Below are positions 50,805 through 63,341 of a stretch of DNA of 64,000 nt, piece by piece. The stretch is taken from assembly GCA_964106645.2 (NCBI GenBank), contig OZ067041.1; one strand, written 5' to 3'. This DNA comes from Podarcis pityusensis. Lineage: Eukaryota. Every line of letters starts with the position of its first letter. Within the stretch, counting starts at the first letter, position 1. The position numbers and the translations under genes are program-made. The notes below the pieces were generated by a model. That model had not been told where the DNA came from. It saw only the letters and a program-made list of their open reading frames with translations, and searched no databases.

Positions 50805-51139
50805 GGGATTCCACCTCCCCCTTGGAGTGGGATACTTAAACAAAGAGAGATGAGATCACAGCCTCCTTCAGCATCAACTATCATAAGAAATCTAGGTGGA
50901 TTACTTTTATCAATATACACGACAGAGGACAATTTCTCTTTAAGATGGGAAAATGCAGAAATTATCTTGATTCTTAATTGATATTTATCAATGAAGTGTT
51001 CCATTCTTAAAGTCCTTGTCATATAATACATATTTTCCTAAGGAATAAGGAATGGGAAGTGAAGGGGAAAGTGAGTATTGTGAACTGCTCCTTTGCTAGC
51101 CAGCTGATGGGGCCAAGATGTACATACAAGCAGGACTCA

Positions 51140-51352
51140 AATACAACAGCCATTTTCTGTTCTTGCTCTCCAGCAACAGGCATTGAGGGGTGTCATGCTT
51201 CTGTCCATGCTGATCCCAAATCACCATCTTGACTAATGGCCACTGATAGACTTCTCCTCTTCCAGGAAAGGATATCATCACATCCTGTGCCATCGAATTC
51301 CATAAGCTAATGAAGCACTGTGTGAAGAACTTCCTTTTATCTATCTTGAACT
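51140..51352 (-). mobile_element. Old CR1 fragment
   Basis: The minus strand reads as a degenerate FFTQ....LWNS...DV ORF2 end plus 3'UTR. Confidence 0.6.
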
Positions 51353-52598
51353 GAAGTCCAACTTTCGCTTTATGTTGCTGGAGCCTCTTCCAAGTTTGGG
51401 CTCAGGATGATTATAATAGGCTGATGGCATCAAGCCACATAATCTCATTGGAAATATGAGAGGGTATTTACACAGAGATCGTGAAAGAGAGAGCACAAAA
51501 TAGACAATAGGGGGGGAAATTCCCACTACCTTTTACTGAGCCCAGAGAAGTCTTACGATTCAGTTCAGATTGTATTTGAAGATATACCATTAGCGTTGGA
51601 GGGTTGCTGTCACCCGGGCCAACAGATTCATATTCTGTGTAGCTTACTTGGCTCAGAGACACAGCCATTGCTTCCTGAAGTGATTTCTAAAACTCATATT
51701 AAATTTATTGCTGGTAATTTTACTTCCCCTCTGAGCACCATATAAACATTTATTATACTAAAAGCACTAGCTTATCACAGGGAGATTATTATGTATCTTG
51801 TTTGTGTGTTTTATTTTATCTTGTGTTTTTGTGTTGTGAACTGCCCTGAGATCTACAGATGGAAGTCATTATACAAATTTAATAAATAAATAAAAATAAA
51901 GAATAAAAATCTACCAAAAGATTCTCTTAATTTTTTTTTAAGAAGTGGTAAAAACATAATGTATCACAGTGTGGTGCAGAATAAGAGGTTTCTGACATGC
52001 GTTAAGAATGCCTGCAGTATCACAAGTGGGTATTAGAAGTGGCTGTGAATTACTGGTGTGCATTCCAAGCTGATTTCAGTTCAAAGCCATTTGTGTTGCT
52101 GTTTATTTCAGTGCTTGGCCAAGGAAAATCTACAATACTAGGTATGCTAATTTAACCTCCTTCTCGTGCCAAAAGCCTTTGGAGGAAAGGGGGTTTCTCT
52201 TCCCTTTCCTATTCAGTTCATTGGAATTGTTAAAGAATCTATTGCTTCCATCATCACCTTTCACAATCAGTTAGCAGTTTCAACAAAGACTCAGCAAAGC
52301 TGTGGTCTGTCATTATTCCATTAAGATAATCTTTAAAAACTCACCAGATATGAACAGACAACTTCTGAGCCATGAAATAGAGCAAGTTGGGTACAATCCT
52401 ATGAAAGAGAGTGGCAAATATCTCCAATTCCATTGATTTCAATGAGATTCAGAGCCCATTTTCACAACCAGTTCCTAGTGTGATGGTTGCTGCATGCTCT
52501 GTAGGAGAGCCACACCATTGGGGAGATATGCATGCCTGTGACACATGAAGAACTTTGTGCCCACTGAGTTTCTTCATGCATTCATAAATGGCTGGAAC

Positions 52599-52708
52599 CA
52601 GTGCTATTTTTCTAGAAAAAGGGATGCCAGAACTCACTATATGAACAACCCCCACCAGAGAGGTGCCAGAACTGAGTTCCAGTGAGATCCATATGAAAAA
52701 AGCCCTTG
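52599..52708. mobile_element. Short hAT-type MITE
   Basis: Ends CAGTGCTATTTT / AAAAAAGCCCTTG. TSD GCTGGAAC / TCTGGAAC. Internal repeat tgccagaact twice. Confidence 0.75.
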
Positions 52709-52908
52709 TCTGGAACCAACCATTGTTTGAATACTAGTGTCCGCTACAGGGTTCCGCTACTAGTTCCGCTACAGGGTTCTGTGTATGCCATCCCATGACC
52801 TTCTCTGTTCAGAGTGGCAATGTTTTTTGTTCTCGCCCCTGCCATCATTACCACGACAGTGGCAAGTCCCTACCATCTACTGCAGCCAAGTCTGCAAGAA
52901 AGGAGAGA

Positions 52909-53178
52909 GGAGAAGAAGGAGAAGAAGAGGAGGAGGAGGAGTTTGGATTTGATATCCTGCTTTATCACTACCCGAAGGAGTCTCAAAGCGGCTAACATTC
53001 TCCTTTCCCTTCCTCCCCCACAACAAACACTCTGTGAGGTGAGTGGGGCTGAGAGACTTCAAAGAAGTGTGACTAGCCCAAGGTCACCCAGCAGTTGCAT
53101 GTGGAGGAGTGGAGACGCGAACCCGGTTCACCAGATTACGAGTCTACCACTCTTAACCACTATACCACACTGGCTCTC
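52909..53178 (-). mobile_element. Squam3-type SINE, full length
   Basis: As for 44846-45108; the tail is (CCT/CTT)n. Confidence 0.88.
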
Positions 53179-53698
53179 ATGCTAAATGCTTTACCCCTGC
53201 AAGTCATCAGACCTGCATCACTTGGATGCCCCTGGATTCCCATATGGTCAAAGAGTTGGCCCAAAAGCTCGCAAGAATTCAGGTGAGAAGGGGAAAGAAC
53301 AAAGCCTATTCCTCCCCTCCCAATACAAGAAGTCCTTAGCTACAATTACATTTAGCTGTATTGCCCTCCTCATTTGTGCTGCCTCTTGTGGGACAACTAG
53401 CAGGAGGAGTGGGAAACATTTTTCAGCCTAGGGGCTGGATACAAAATTGCCCCACCTCTTCAGACCACCCACCTGTCAATCACCTGACATCATATTAGAT
53501 TTATGAGATCCCTGATCTTTGATCTTAGCACTTAGATCTTAGTGACATCATCTGTGTTTGATAGGTGGTGTAGTTTGCGTAAAATGGTTTAATGGGCCAA
53601 ATTTAGAGACTTGGTGGACTTGATGAGGCCTGCAAGCTAAAGGTTCCCTCATCCTGAACGGGGGGGGGGGGGATCCATATAGGCTTGAAGGCCTACCA

Positions 53699-53834
53699 TA
53701 GGCATAGGCAAACTTGGCCCTCCAGATGTTTTGGGACTACAATTCCCATAATCCCTGACCACTGGTCCTGTTAGCTAAGGATCATGGGAGTTGTAGTCCC
53801 AAAACATCTGGCAGGCAGAGTTTGCCTATGCCTG
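53699..53834. mobile_element. hAT/Charlie-type palindromic MITE
   Basis: TIR AGGCATAGGCAAACT / AGTTTGCCTATGCCT. TSD GCCTACCA (53691-53698) / GTCTACCA (53835-53842). Confidence 0.9.
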
Positions 53835-53848
53835 GTCTACCACAAACA

Positions 53849-53851
<3 letters not shown>

Positions 53852-53905
<54 letters not shown>

Positions 53906-53908
53906 ACA
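53852..53908. repeat. Compound (TC)n(AC)n microsatellite
   Basis: Read directly. Confidence 0.95.
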
Positions 53909-54952
53909 TTTTTAAAAAGGGAGAATCCTTGCTTGCTGCACTTACTTATTTCTTAAAAATAATGTATTTCATAAAACTTACTCACTGGGTAAGTTTCTGC
54001 ATAATCATAGTCTCCCAAATTTTATGAATGCACTGATGTTTAGAGGGTTGCTTTGGAGAGTTCCAATTACCAGCTCTACAAAAATTTCCTTCACCATTTG
54101 CTGTTACCCGAGTCCATGCAGTTTAGATTTCCCCTAAAGGATTAGAAAGTTGTGAAGTTGCCTCTATGGGCCAAATTTAGGTTTTAGCAGAGCAATCTCT
54201 GTGGGGCTCCAGCTTGCTTCCTTTCATAATTGCAGTTTTTTGAAGTTGTCACAAGATGTGTGTAATTAATTGGAATAGCTGCAAAGCCATGCTCCATGGG
54301 GAATAAAGATTCTATTATTATGACTTTAAATTGTGTTAGAAAGCATTGAAGTCAAAGCAAAGGCTTTGCCTTGTGATTTATTTGCATTCTAACCCAGTAG
54401 CCAAACTTTGGAATTCTAAGCTATGTTCTTTAGTTGTTTCTATTATTTTTAACCCACAGGTTTGCATATTGGCCTCAGCCAGTTTTAATGGGTACCTTGG
54501 ATGGCAATAGTAAGCATTGCATTATGAGTTTGCTTTGCAATCCCCATTTGACAAGTCCTGGTTAACTATGAACTTTCGGCTTGATGTCTTATTCTCTCAG
54601 AATTAATTCCAAGGTAAAGTTTTCAACAAAATTGGCAACGTTTAATTGGAACAGAAATTGGAACTAGAGTTAAAAGCACTTTTTAATAGCGAACCTTTTA
54701 CTGGATTAAAAAAATAAAAACTGAAGTTGTTAGAACTTTTCCAAGGAACTTCCACTGAGCATTTGAAGAGAGTGGAGTCAGGCATAAAGTCAGCTAGTAA
54801 AAGGAAACAGGTGCACAGTCCTAGGCCTTTGTCTGCACTGATACCTGCATTCTGTTAAGAATGTAATTAAACTGTTACTTTGTTCTGCGTATTTTGTCAC
54901 CACCACCAAAAAAAGTTGAAAACAAAGGTTATACAAAATGTAAGGGTCCAAT

Positions 54953-56230
54953 TAGGGATGTGGGGGGTGGGATTCAAGGTGATTCATAATTAAAGTTTAA
55001 CCTACCAAATTGGCACATCCCAAAACAATACACTAACCACAGCACAACTATTATTTGAATGGATGGATGGATGAATGAATGAATCTTTATTTGCGTCAGT
55101 CATTGGCTATAATAATAAAACAATACAATATACATAGAATAGAAATAAAAAGTCAATTATATAAAATACAGTTTAAGGTTTTGAATCAATAGTCAAATAG
55201 TGGATCTTATTCTAATTGCCCCAGCTAAAAACCTTGCAACCTTTGCTGTCACCTGCTCATCTTGATCTGCCGAGAGAAAGGACACTATGGCAGTGGTTGG
55301 GCGACCCAGAATAGACAATAAAAGAGGGGTGATAACCTCATTCCTCATGTCTTTATAAAGAGTGCAAGCCAGAAGGGCATGCACCACCGATTCAGTACTG
55401 CCATCTCCACAGAGACATAAGTGTTTTTCGTGTGGAATCTGTTGGAATCGTCCCTCAACTAAAAGTGCAAGAGTAAAAGTGCGTCTATATTTTAGAATTG
55501 CTAGGTTATGCAGATAGGGTGCCAGAGAGTCAAAATGGGAAGGTGGAAAATAGTCATACCATGGGCAAAATTTCCTTTTTGTGGCCAAGTTGTTTTGACG
55601 CTCAATATCATTTAGGCACTGACAAATTAGACTGTTTGCTTTACTAAAACCCAAAGTGAGTAGCTGTTGTGGTGATAAGACACTAGAGTGAAGTTTTTGA
55701 TAGACAATTTCAGTCCAGGAGCTCTTGTGATAATCTTGCAGCACTAGGGATATTAGACCGGGGGGGGGGGGGGTTGCGTTTAGGTGAAGCCAGTAGTTAA
55801 GTGTCCTACACCAGATCTTTAATTCTACCAAGGGAAGATTAGCCTCCAGGTGCAATGATGTGTTTGGGACACAGGGTGGTACAGAGAAAATTTGCCTTAA
55901 GTACTTTGATTGGACAGCTTCTGTAGATCCAGGGTGAGTGCCTGTCCAAATCTGAGCCCCATATAATAACTGTGATTCGGGTTTAGCTTGGAACACTTCC
56001 AGGACTGATGGTGTATGTTTACCACCTTTTGTGTGGAAAAAGCATGTCAGAATTTTGGCGCTTTGGGACACTTTTTCTTTTGTACATTTCTGGTGTGCTC
56101 CCTATGACCCTGTAGACTGGAAAATAGGGCTATTATTTGAAAATTTGCACTCCTCTCAATTTTGCAAGGCATTTCTCCAGCTAAGTAACGGGTACAAAAA
56201 TGCATATACTCAAATGTATGAATATAGCTA
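54953..56230 (+). mobile_element. Partial TAGGG-family element interrupted by an RTE-X-like LINE
   Basis: Starts TAGGGATG and resumes after the LINE with aaatttgcactcctctcaattttgca...aaatgcatatact. Confidence 0.7.
55060..56129 (-). mobile_element. 5'-truncated non-LTR retrotransposon, RTE-X-like
   Basis: 292-aa open frame with SQLLYGAQIW and EGRF...LCLCGDGSTESVVHALLAC (CCHC knuckle). AATAAA is followed by an (ATTC/ATCC)n tail. Perfect 12-bp TSD CTATTATTTGAA (55048-55059 and 56130-56141). Confidence 0.85.
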
Positions 56231-58439
56231 AAGTGGATGATAATAAGAATTAACCTGTGACCTTATGTACAGACTTGTTTGATCTTGCCAGTGATAACAT
56301 GAGGATCCAAAAAATTAATTTCTCCTCAGGAAGCTAAGTTGCAATAATGATAATGGGATAATTGATAAGTAAACAAAAAGGTACCAGGTGCAGATTTTGA
56401 CATCCTGAAGCCTCTTCTTTGGACTCAGGAAAACAGGCCCCTTCAACCAACTGTGAATCCCATAGAATTGCAGATTGGCAGTTCCTGAAAGAGTAAGAGA
56501 ACTTCAAGACATAATCATTGTTCTTTAAAGGTAAATCCTTTCAGGAAGACCATTCTTCCAGGTCAACCTTTTAGATTATTCAGCCTTGATTGGACAGGAA
56601 GTCAATCTACCATTTACTAGAACTTTCTTAGACTTTATCCAATCATCCTTCATTCTCTCAGTTTGACCCTTTCCTATTGGTCTTTTTCTCTCTCTTCCAG
56701 TTCCCCTGGACACACTTCGGATCCTCTGCAAACTCATTTAAACTTGAGCTTTGTGCTTCCTCCAAGAAGCCTCCACTTGTCATCTTCATGAGGATCTTAT
56801 CCACATGTTCTTCTTTCTCAAAATCTCCTCTGAACATTTTCAATTCACAGTGGGACTCCAACCTAAGGCTTGTATTGTTGTTCTGGTGAATATGGTTATA
56901 TCATACCGGTAAGCCAAACATCATCATATCCTGTTTTCACCTGAACAGCAAAGTAGTACGTGAACAAACTTTTTTCAAGACTGACATATGATCTAGCACA
57001 GTTATAATATCATAGTTTGGCTGCCAGTGCCTCTGTAGCACCATGTGATGCTCCATTGTGTGGCAACCTTTGTCTCTGATTCTGTTTGATTGTTTTCCAG
57101 TGCAGCAGGCAACATGCCTCCAAATGCATTAACAGTCTTATTTAACTGAGTCTCACAATAGTCTTTTGGGGGAGTAAGGCCAATAATTAATGTCATTTTA
57201 ACTACTTTATTTGAAGATTTTTTTTTTCAGTTTCATAAGAGCAATATATTAACTAGCATTTCATTAGGCAACATTACATTTAAGCTTTCATTTCAAATAT
57301 AACCACCAATTTTCAGTTACATAGTCTCTTTTCAGAGTTGCTAGAGATCACTGGAAGTGTAACACACAATATATTAATATCACCTTATTTATTTAATATA
57401 TTGCGTGTTATGCTTACAATGAATCTGAATGAAAATGGCTCCTGTTAATTGGATGTGTAAGTTGAGTTTAGCAGGTCATTTACACATTCCCTTTTAAGTG
57501 TCAACATATACCAGGAAAGGCAACCATTTCCCCCAAGAAATACTTCTTCAAATTAAGGTGAAAAGCAACCCTAGTTTGCATATATTATCCATTATATGCT
57601 GTTTCCATCTTTTGCCAAACCACCTTGTCATCTGGAGGCAGTTGAGGGGGTCATACACCATGCAAAGGGCTTTATATAGCTGAGGATCCTTGGTCAGTAT
57701 GAAATTACCTTTAGGTATGAACACAGTAATCCAGGCTATATTAGTTAGGGAATTAATTCGATTCAGTGTTGGTCATTTACCCTGTATTTTATAGTTTTAG
57801 GATTTCATAGTTTTATGAGGTATTACTGCTTTTATTGTACATCACCTTGATATTTTTTGTGAATTAGCGATTTAATGATTCTCTTATAAATAAATGCAGA
57901 AATAAAATATTATTAAGACACAGAAAGTTGATCTGAGCTGGGCCTGGACAGTTCTTCAGCCACAGATTCAATAGATGGGATCTATTCCCCTTTTCTGTTA
58001 CACTGACCAGCCTTCTGTAGTCTCTCTAAAATAAGAGAGATGTGCAAGATTGCTGCCACACTCCTGTACAGATGCTAATCATATGAATAGATTTGTAAGC
58101 AGGAAACTTTGCAGCAGAGTGTGTGCCACACTTGATCTCTTATTTATTTTATAAAAATTATAAACTGGTTTTTAAAAAAAACACAACAACAACCAAAGAG
58201 GTTTACGAAAGCATCAGCTATTTCATTTTATTCAAAACAATCCACACAGTATGATCACCATTTTAAAAATTAAGTGAATGGCAGGGTTGTTGGGGATTTT
58301 TTAAAAAAGTATTTTGTTCAAAAGCTCCCAGTTCTTCCATGGCAGTGCCTTAGAGAATGACTTCATTGGTAAGGAAGATATATTTAATGTATTGATCATG
58401 CTTTAAAGTAATCCCCCCGCCCCTGCCCAAGTGATTTGA

Positions 58440-59780
58440 TAATGGCCACATAACACCCGGCTAGACTGTAACATATGGCAGAGCGACGGAATGGAAAGCA
58501 ATGGAGAACACATCAGGGCACTTCAGAGTTAATCAGCAGCAGAGTGGAAAACTCCAGTGACATGCTGACACCTTAACAATACAGACTGCTCTGGGAATAT
58601 ATGTACAGGAAGAGACACAGACGATAGAGAGAGAGAATAGCTTGACTTTGCTATAAGTTAACTTTTATTGGATAATGAGTCCGCAGGAATGCAAAAGATG
58701 GAAGGGATCGTGCTAGGTGTTATGATGGCCAGTTACAGCACCTTTAGAAAAACTGGGAGGAAAGGAGTTGTCAGCAACACAAGTTAATGAGCTCAGTAGC
58801 TGGCACCGCGAGAGACCCCGTCACTTTATGACTAGCACAGGAACTCGTAGCATGGAATGAACTCGGGGGACTAGGTGCGGGGAAGTTGTACGCTGACAGT
58901 TAAATGAAGCCATTGTGTTTGAGAAGCCTCTGAGCATAATTCCTTTTCTAAGAGCATCTGGAGGCAAGGCAGTGACTGTGGCTTTGTAGGGGGAAAGAAA
59001 CATCTCCCACCGCGCCCCCCCCTACTGAAATGGTGTCCCTGGAAAAAGAGGTGACACTTTTCATTACTTTGTCCCCATGACTTTTTGGTTTGCTCTGTGG
59101 GTTTTGCAGCAGGATTTAATGTAATCTGTGCGAAGGTTGTGTTTTACTCTGTCCTCAGCCAGGATTTATATAAGGAAGTCAGTGTGAATCAGGACTTGTC
59201 CACTGCAAGTGGAGGCAAGCATAACTGATTCTTAAAAAAAAAAAAAACAACCCCAATAGCTCACAATATGGAAATGCTAGGGGAAAGGAACCCTTTTTTC
59301 CTGCCATCTAGTTTTCCATATGCAGGATTTGTACAGCCGCCTCTTGCTATCTGCACTGCTATAGCCCAGAAGCAGGTTGATGACCTCACTGACATCAAGC
59401 CTTCGTGCAGTAAATGTCTTTAGATATATAATGAGACCTGTCTAGATCTCGATGATTCCCTTGGGTATATTACATTAAGGGGAGTGTGCAGTTACTTTAG
59501 TTCCCAGTTCTGCTGCAGTGAACTTTGGTGGTAGGCCTGTTGTGTTCACAGGGACCGCTCGTGGCTCCCAGCTCAGCGATGCATTTAAATGCGCTCAGTC
59601 AATCACAACAAAACAGTTAGAGGCAAGTGGAAACAAGCCAGTGAGAAATGCACAGCAACAATGTGAGAAGAGAAGGCTTTTATATTGTGAGTCAATATAT
59701 ATCCTTACAGCAGTTTTCAGCGGAGGAAACTGTAATAAAAGGGGCATCCTGCGAGGTGATGAAATGGTTCTCTAGTGTTT
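58440..59780. promoter_or_regulatory. Repeat-free, CpG-retaining candidate regulatory region
   Basis: Nine CpGs in 58800-59015 and six in 59555-59755, no recognisable transposable element, and AP-1, CRE-like, TEAD-like and MEIS-like motifs. Confidence 0.35.
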
Positions 59781-59903
59781 TTGAAGAAGCTGAGATATAT
59801 TGTTGAGATGCCACCTGTAAAGTGAATAACAATGTTTAGTCTGAGTTGTTACACTTTACCTTATACATAGTGCACAGTGGATGCTGAGGATCACTGATTA
59901 CAC

Positions 59904-59934
<31 letters not shown>

Positions 59935-60227
59935 AAGAGAGAGAGAGTTCCCCTACAGAATTTAGTATTATATTGCAAAAATCCTGCACAAAATATTAGT
60001 GACTACTTAGTAGCATTTACTGGAAACAACCACTCTAACAGATGGAAGTTGCAGGCGATGCAAGGCCACCTGAGTCTCCTACCAAAATCAATGGGAAGGA
60101 AAACAAATGGAAATGACAAGAATGGCCAGAACTATTGACAAAACAAATGGCATCCTAATGAATGAAAAGCAAAATGAATAGAGATTCTCATAGCAAAAAT
60201 AAATGGTGAAAGGAGATAAAACACAGA

Positions 60228-60401
60228 AGGGCTGTAGCCCGGGGGCAGAACATCATGCAGAATGTCCCGGCCAGGTTCAGTCCCCAGGATCGCTAGGTAG
60301 GCCTGGGAATCTCCCGCATTTGAAATCCTACCAGTCACCTCTTGTAGAAAATGCTGAGCAAAATGAACCAATGGTCTGGATTTGGTATAAGGCAGCTTCC
60401 G
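60228..60401 (+). mobile_element. Degenerate tRNA-headed SINE with CR1-like tail
   Basis: gggctgtagc...catgcagaa...ggttcagtccc...accaatggtctgg...tataaggcagcttcc. Confidence 0.65.
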
Positions 60402-61939
60402 ATTGGGAAATAGCAAGAGAAGACCACTACTGGTAGTTTAGGGTTCCTGATCAGGCTAGTATAGTGGATGTGCATGCACACACGGTTTATTTTATTTTAA
60501 AGGGTCTGAAGTGAAGTGCGTTCTCCTGTCCTGAGCCAAGGAAAAGTGTTACTGGGAAGAGAGAAAACAGGATGCTTCCTCAGAATTTTTCAATGGTTAT
60601 AAGGTTGGGGTAGGGTCTGGATTGAGAGATGGCACAGATCAGGGAAGGGCCCACTGTTTCCATAGATTGTGTTTAGTCTGTTTTGCCCCTTCTTCTGTGC
60701 AGAAAACAATGACTATACCATATGAAGGAACACTGCTCTGGCTATAGCATTTGGGGGGAAACAAAACAAAACATGTCATCATATTTGTTGCATTTTCATT
60801 CCTCCAGTATAATTTGCCAGAATTTGTTTTGCTAGTGAAAAGATGTGGATAATAAATGAAGTCTAGGTGCTACAGGGATGCAGTTTTCCCATAACAACTT
60901 TGATAAGGCTCCTCACTGCGCTTCGCTGGAAGACATCACTGTTTCTGGTTTCTTTGCAACTCTGAGGCTAACTCATGTTTCTTGAGCTTAAGTGGTTTTC
61001 TCCCAGCTCAAAAAATAATTACACTCCATTTGGCTATGTACTGAATTTGCATCCCGTGCTCTCATAATGATTAAGCATTAATATTTATGCTATGATAAAT
61101 GTTTAGGTTGCCTGTTAGACTCCGGATTAGCGCAATGGTTTTCGAGATGGGTATGTTTACATCCCTCTAATCGTTGTTCTTAGCTTAATTCTTGAAGGTA
61201 TCTAATTTCATATGTATATTTTTGAACTGCACCAAATTTTCATCCTCAAGCATTTTACTTGCTAGACGAGGGGAAGCACCTTGAAAAGCTGGGGTAGATT
61301 CTTGGCATATTTTCACAGCCATTGCTTTTTATGGTTTTCTGTGGCTTCTGCATAATTTTTCACTTTTATTTATATATTCTAAACAATGTCCATCCTGTCT
61401 TAATATGTAAGTCTTAAAGGCTTATTCCTTCTTCTTCACTTCAAGCCAATTGGGGGTCACAGATATGATGCTTCCCCAGACTGTTCAAATTTGGCTGTGT
61501 GTGATGTCAACAACAACAAGCAAAGCTACATTGCCACTATCTCTAAAGCCCCAATCCGGCTGTAGTCATCATGCCAGAATGATAATTGGAATGCACATTG
61601 ATACACACATCCCATTGAGAGCAATGTACATCTGGACTAATGCTCCCTGCTTTGTCACACTTTAGTTTCATTACTATGGCACAGTGTAGCAGTGAGCATT
61701 GGCCCAGTTACCAAGGCAACAAAGGCATACTCCTTCTCCCCTTGCAATCATTTTTGTACCATTTTGATAGTTTCCTGGTAATCACCAGTTGAAAGTGTTC
61801 AAGAAACTCAGATACCAGGTTCAGCTGCATTCTCTTTAGGGATAGATGGATCGGTCTTTTTGCATTCTGTGTAAGCATGTGCTCAATCATAGGTTTGACC
61901 TAGTTTTTGCAGGTTTAAAAAGGAGCATTTTTTAATTTA

Positions 61940-62175
61940 AAAAATGTACATATTTAATGAACATTCTTTCCCTAAAATATGAATTTTTGTATTATCTTCA
62001 ATGAATTTTCCCCAAAAGACAGATTTTTGCACACATTTTTGTGAAATATACATCCTTGTGTGGTTGGCGTGGCTTTTTAAGCAAAGCTGTGTTCTTAATT
62101 TGCAAATGAGTGTGGAACAAAATTAAGTTGGCTGGTTTTGAAATATGGACTCTACAAATTTCTTCTACATCCCTA
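61940..62175 (-). mobile_element. Partial TAGGG-family element
   Basis: Ends aaatttcttctacatcccta, the reverse complement of TAGGGATG...AAATTT. Confidence 0.5.
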
Positions 62176-62869
62176 GTTCTAGTATAACTGTGCCTATTAC
62201 TTTCTTAAACCACTTCATATTTCTGATAAAGCGAGCTGTTCCTTACGAAACCTCATCACACAAAACCAATTTGTTTCTAAGGAGCCATAGCAGCTTACAC
62301 CTGTTGGTCTTTTATTTTTCCTTCAGAACCCCCCACAAAAAACTAAGAAACATTACACAAACATTTTGGAAAAGTATTTGAAGGAAGGATAACACTGCTC
62401 TTGATTTTTAATTGGTGCCAAAAAAAGGCTGAGGACACAACATGATGACAGTAAGCATGTTTTAACATCTCCAATTATGGTATAACCTTGAATTTAATGT
62501 GATGCAGTGAATGATTTCAGTGTCATTTTTTTAAAAAGACAGCTCCCATGATTGGAACAGGAGGCTAGAAAGAATGAATGAGCAGTTCAGTATTCTCAGT
62601 AGGGGCATGGGTGTTGATAAAGCACAAGATAAGGAATTGAACACTTGAATTAGTGTTTCTTACAAGGTGGGCAACGCTTAGCAATATGATCTTACAATTC
62701 AACAAGACTTAAAGTTCAACATTTTAGAAGTGTTTCTCCATGTAAGATCAGTAAAGGGACTTAGCCATCGTCTGGTTTGCACCCACAGGTGGCAAGAATA
62801 TATGTCATGAATGTATGTAGCTTTGTTAACACTGCCTGAGAATGAGAATGTGAGTATGATGCAAGAGTA

Positions 62870-63303
62870 GATAAATCAACTAATTTCAATTTCTCTTAGT
62901 TTCCATTTTTCCAGTCTTGAATTTTCAGCTCACCCTACTTCTGTCTCAGACTCTGATTATTATTATTATTTTAAAAAAACTCATTATTGAAGATTCATTC
63001 ATTTTATATGCATATTTCTTCCTATATATACATTTTTGTATGCAATTTTGCCTTGTGTGTACCTTTTTGCATGCATTTCCACCTAATACAATGCAATTTT
63101 TGTACTCTATTGTCACCAATATGTGCATCTTGCTGCACACGTTCCCCAAACATACTTGTTTTCATACACTTTTTTGTTGGAGAGCTGTACTGCAATATTT
63201 GGAAAGTTGTGAATTTCAAAGGACAGCTGTGTTTTGGTTAAGGAAGTGTGAATTATGTAGCTTTGCATGAATGTGCCAACCTAATGGATTTCTTCCTTTT
63301 CCA
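62870..63303 (-). mobile_element. Uninterrupted copy of the TAGGG-family element
   Basis: Its reverse complement is collinear with the rejoined pieces of 12135-12971. Confidence 0.65.
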
Positions 63304-63341
63304 TAATTAAGGAAGGGATCTTCCTTCAGGAATGTGTTGTA

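Noticed and set aside
52738-52779. Three TCCGCTAC repeats
   Set aside because: A short local slippage duplication with no evidence of function.
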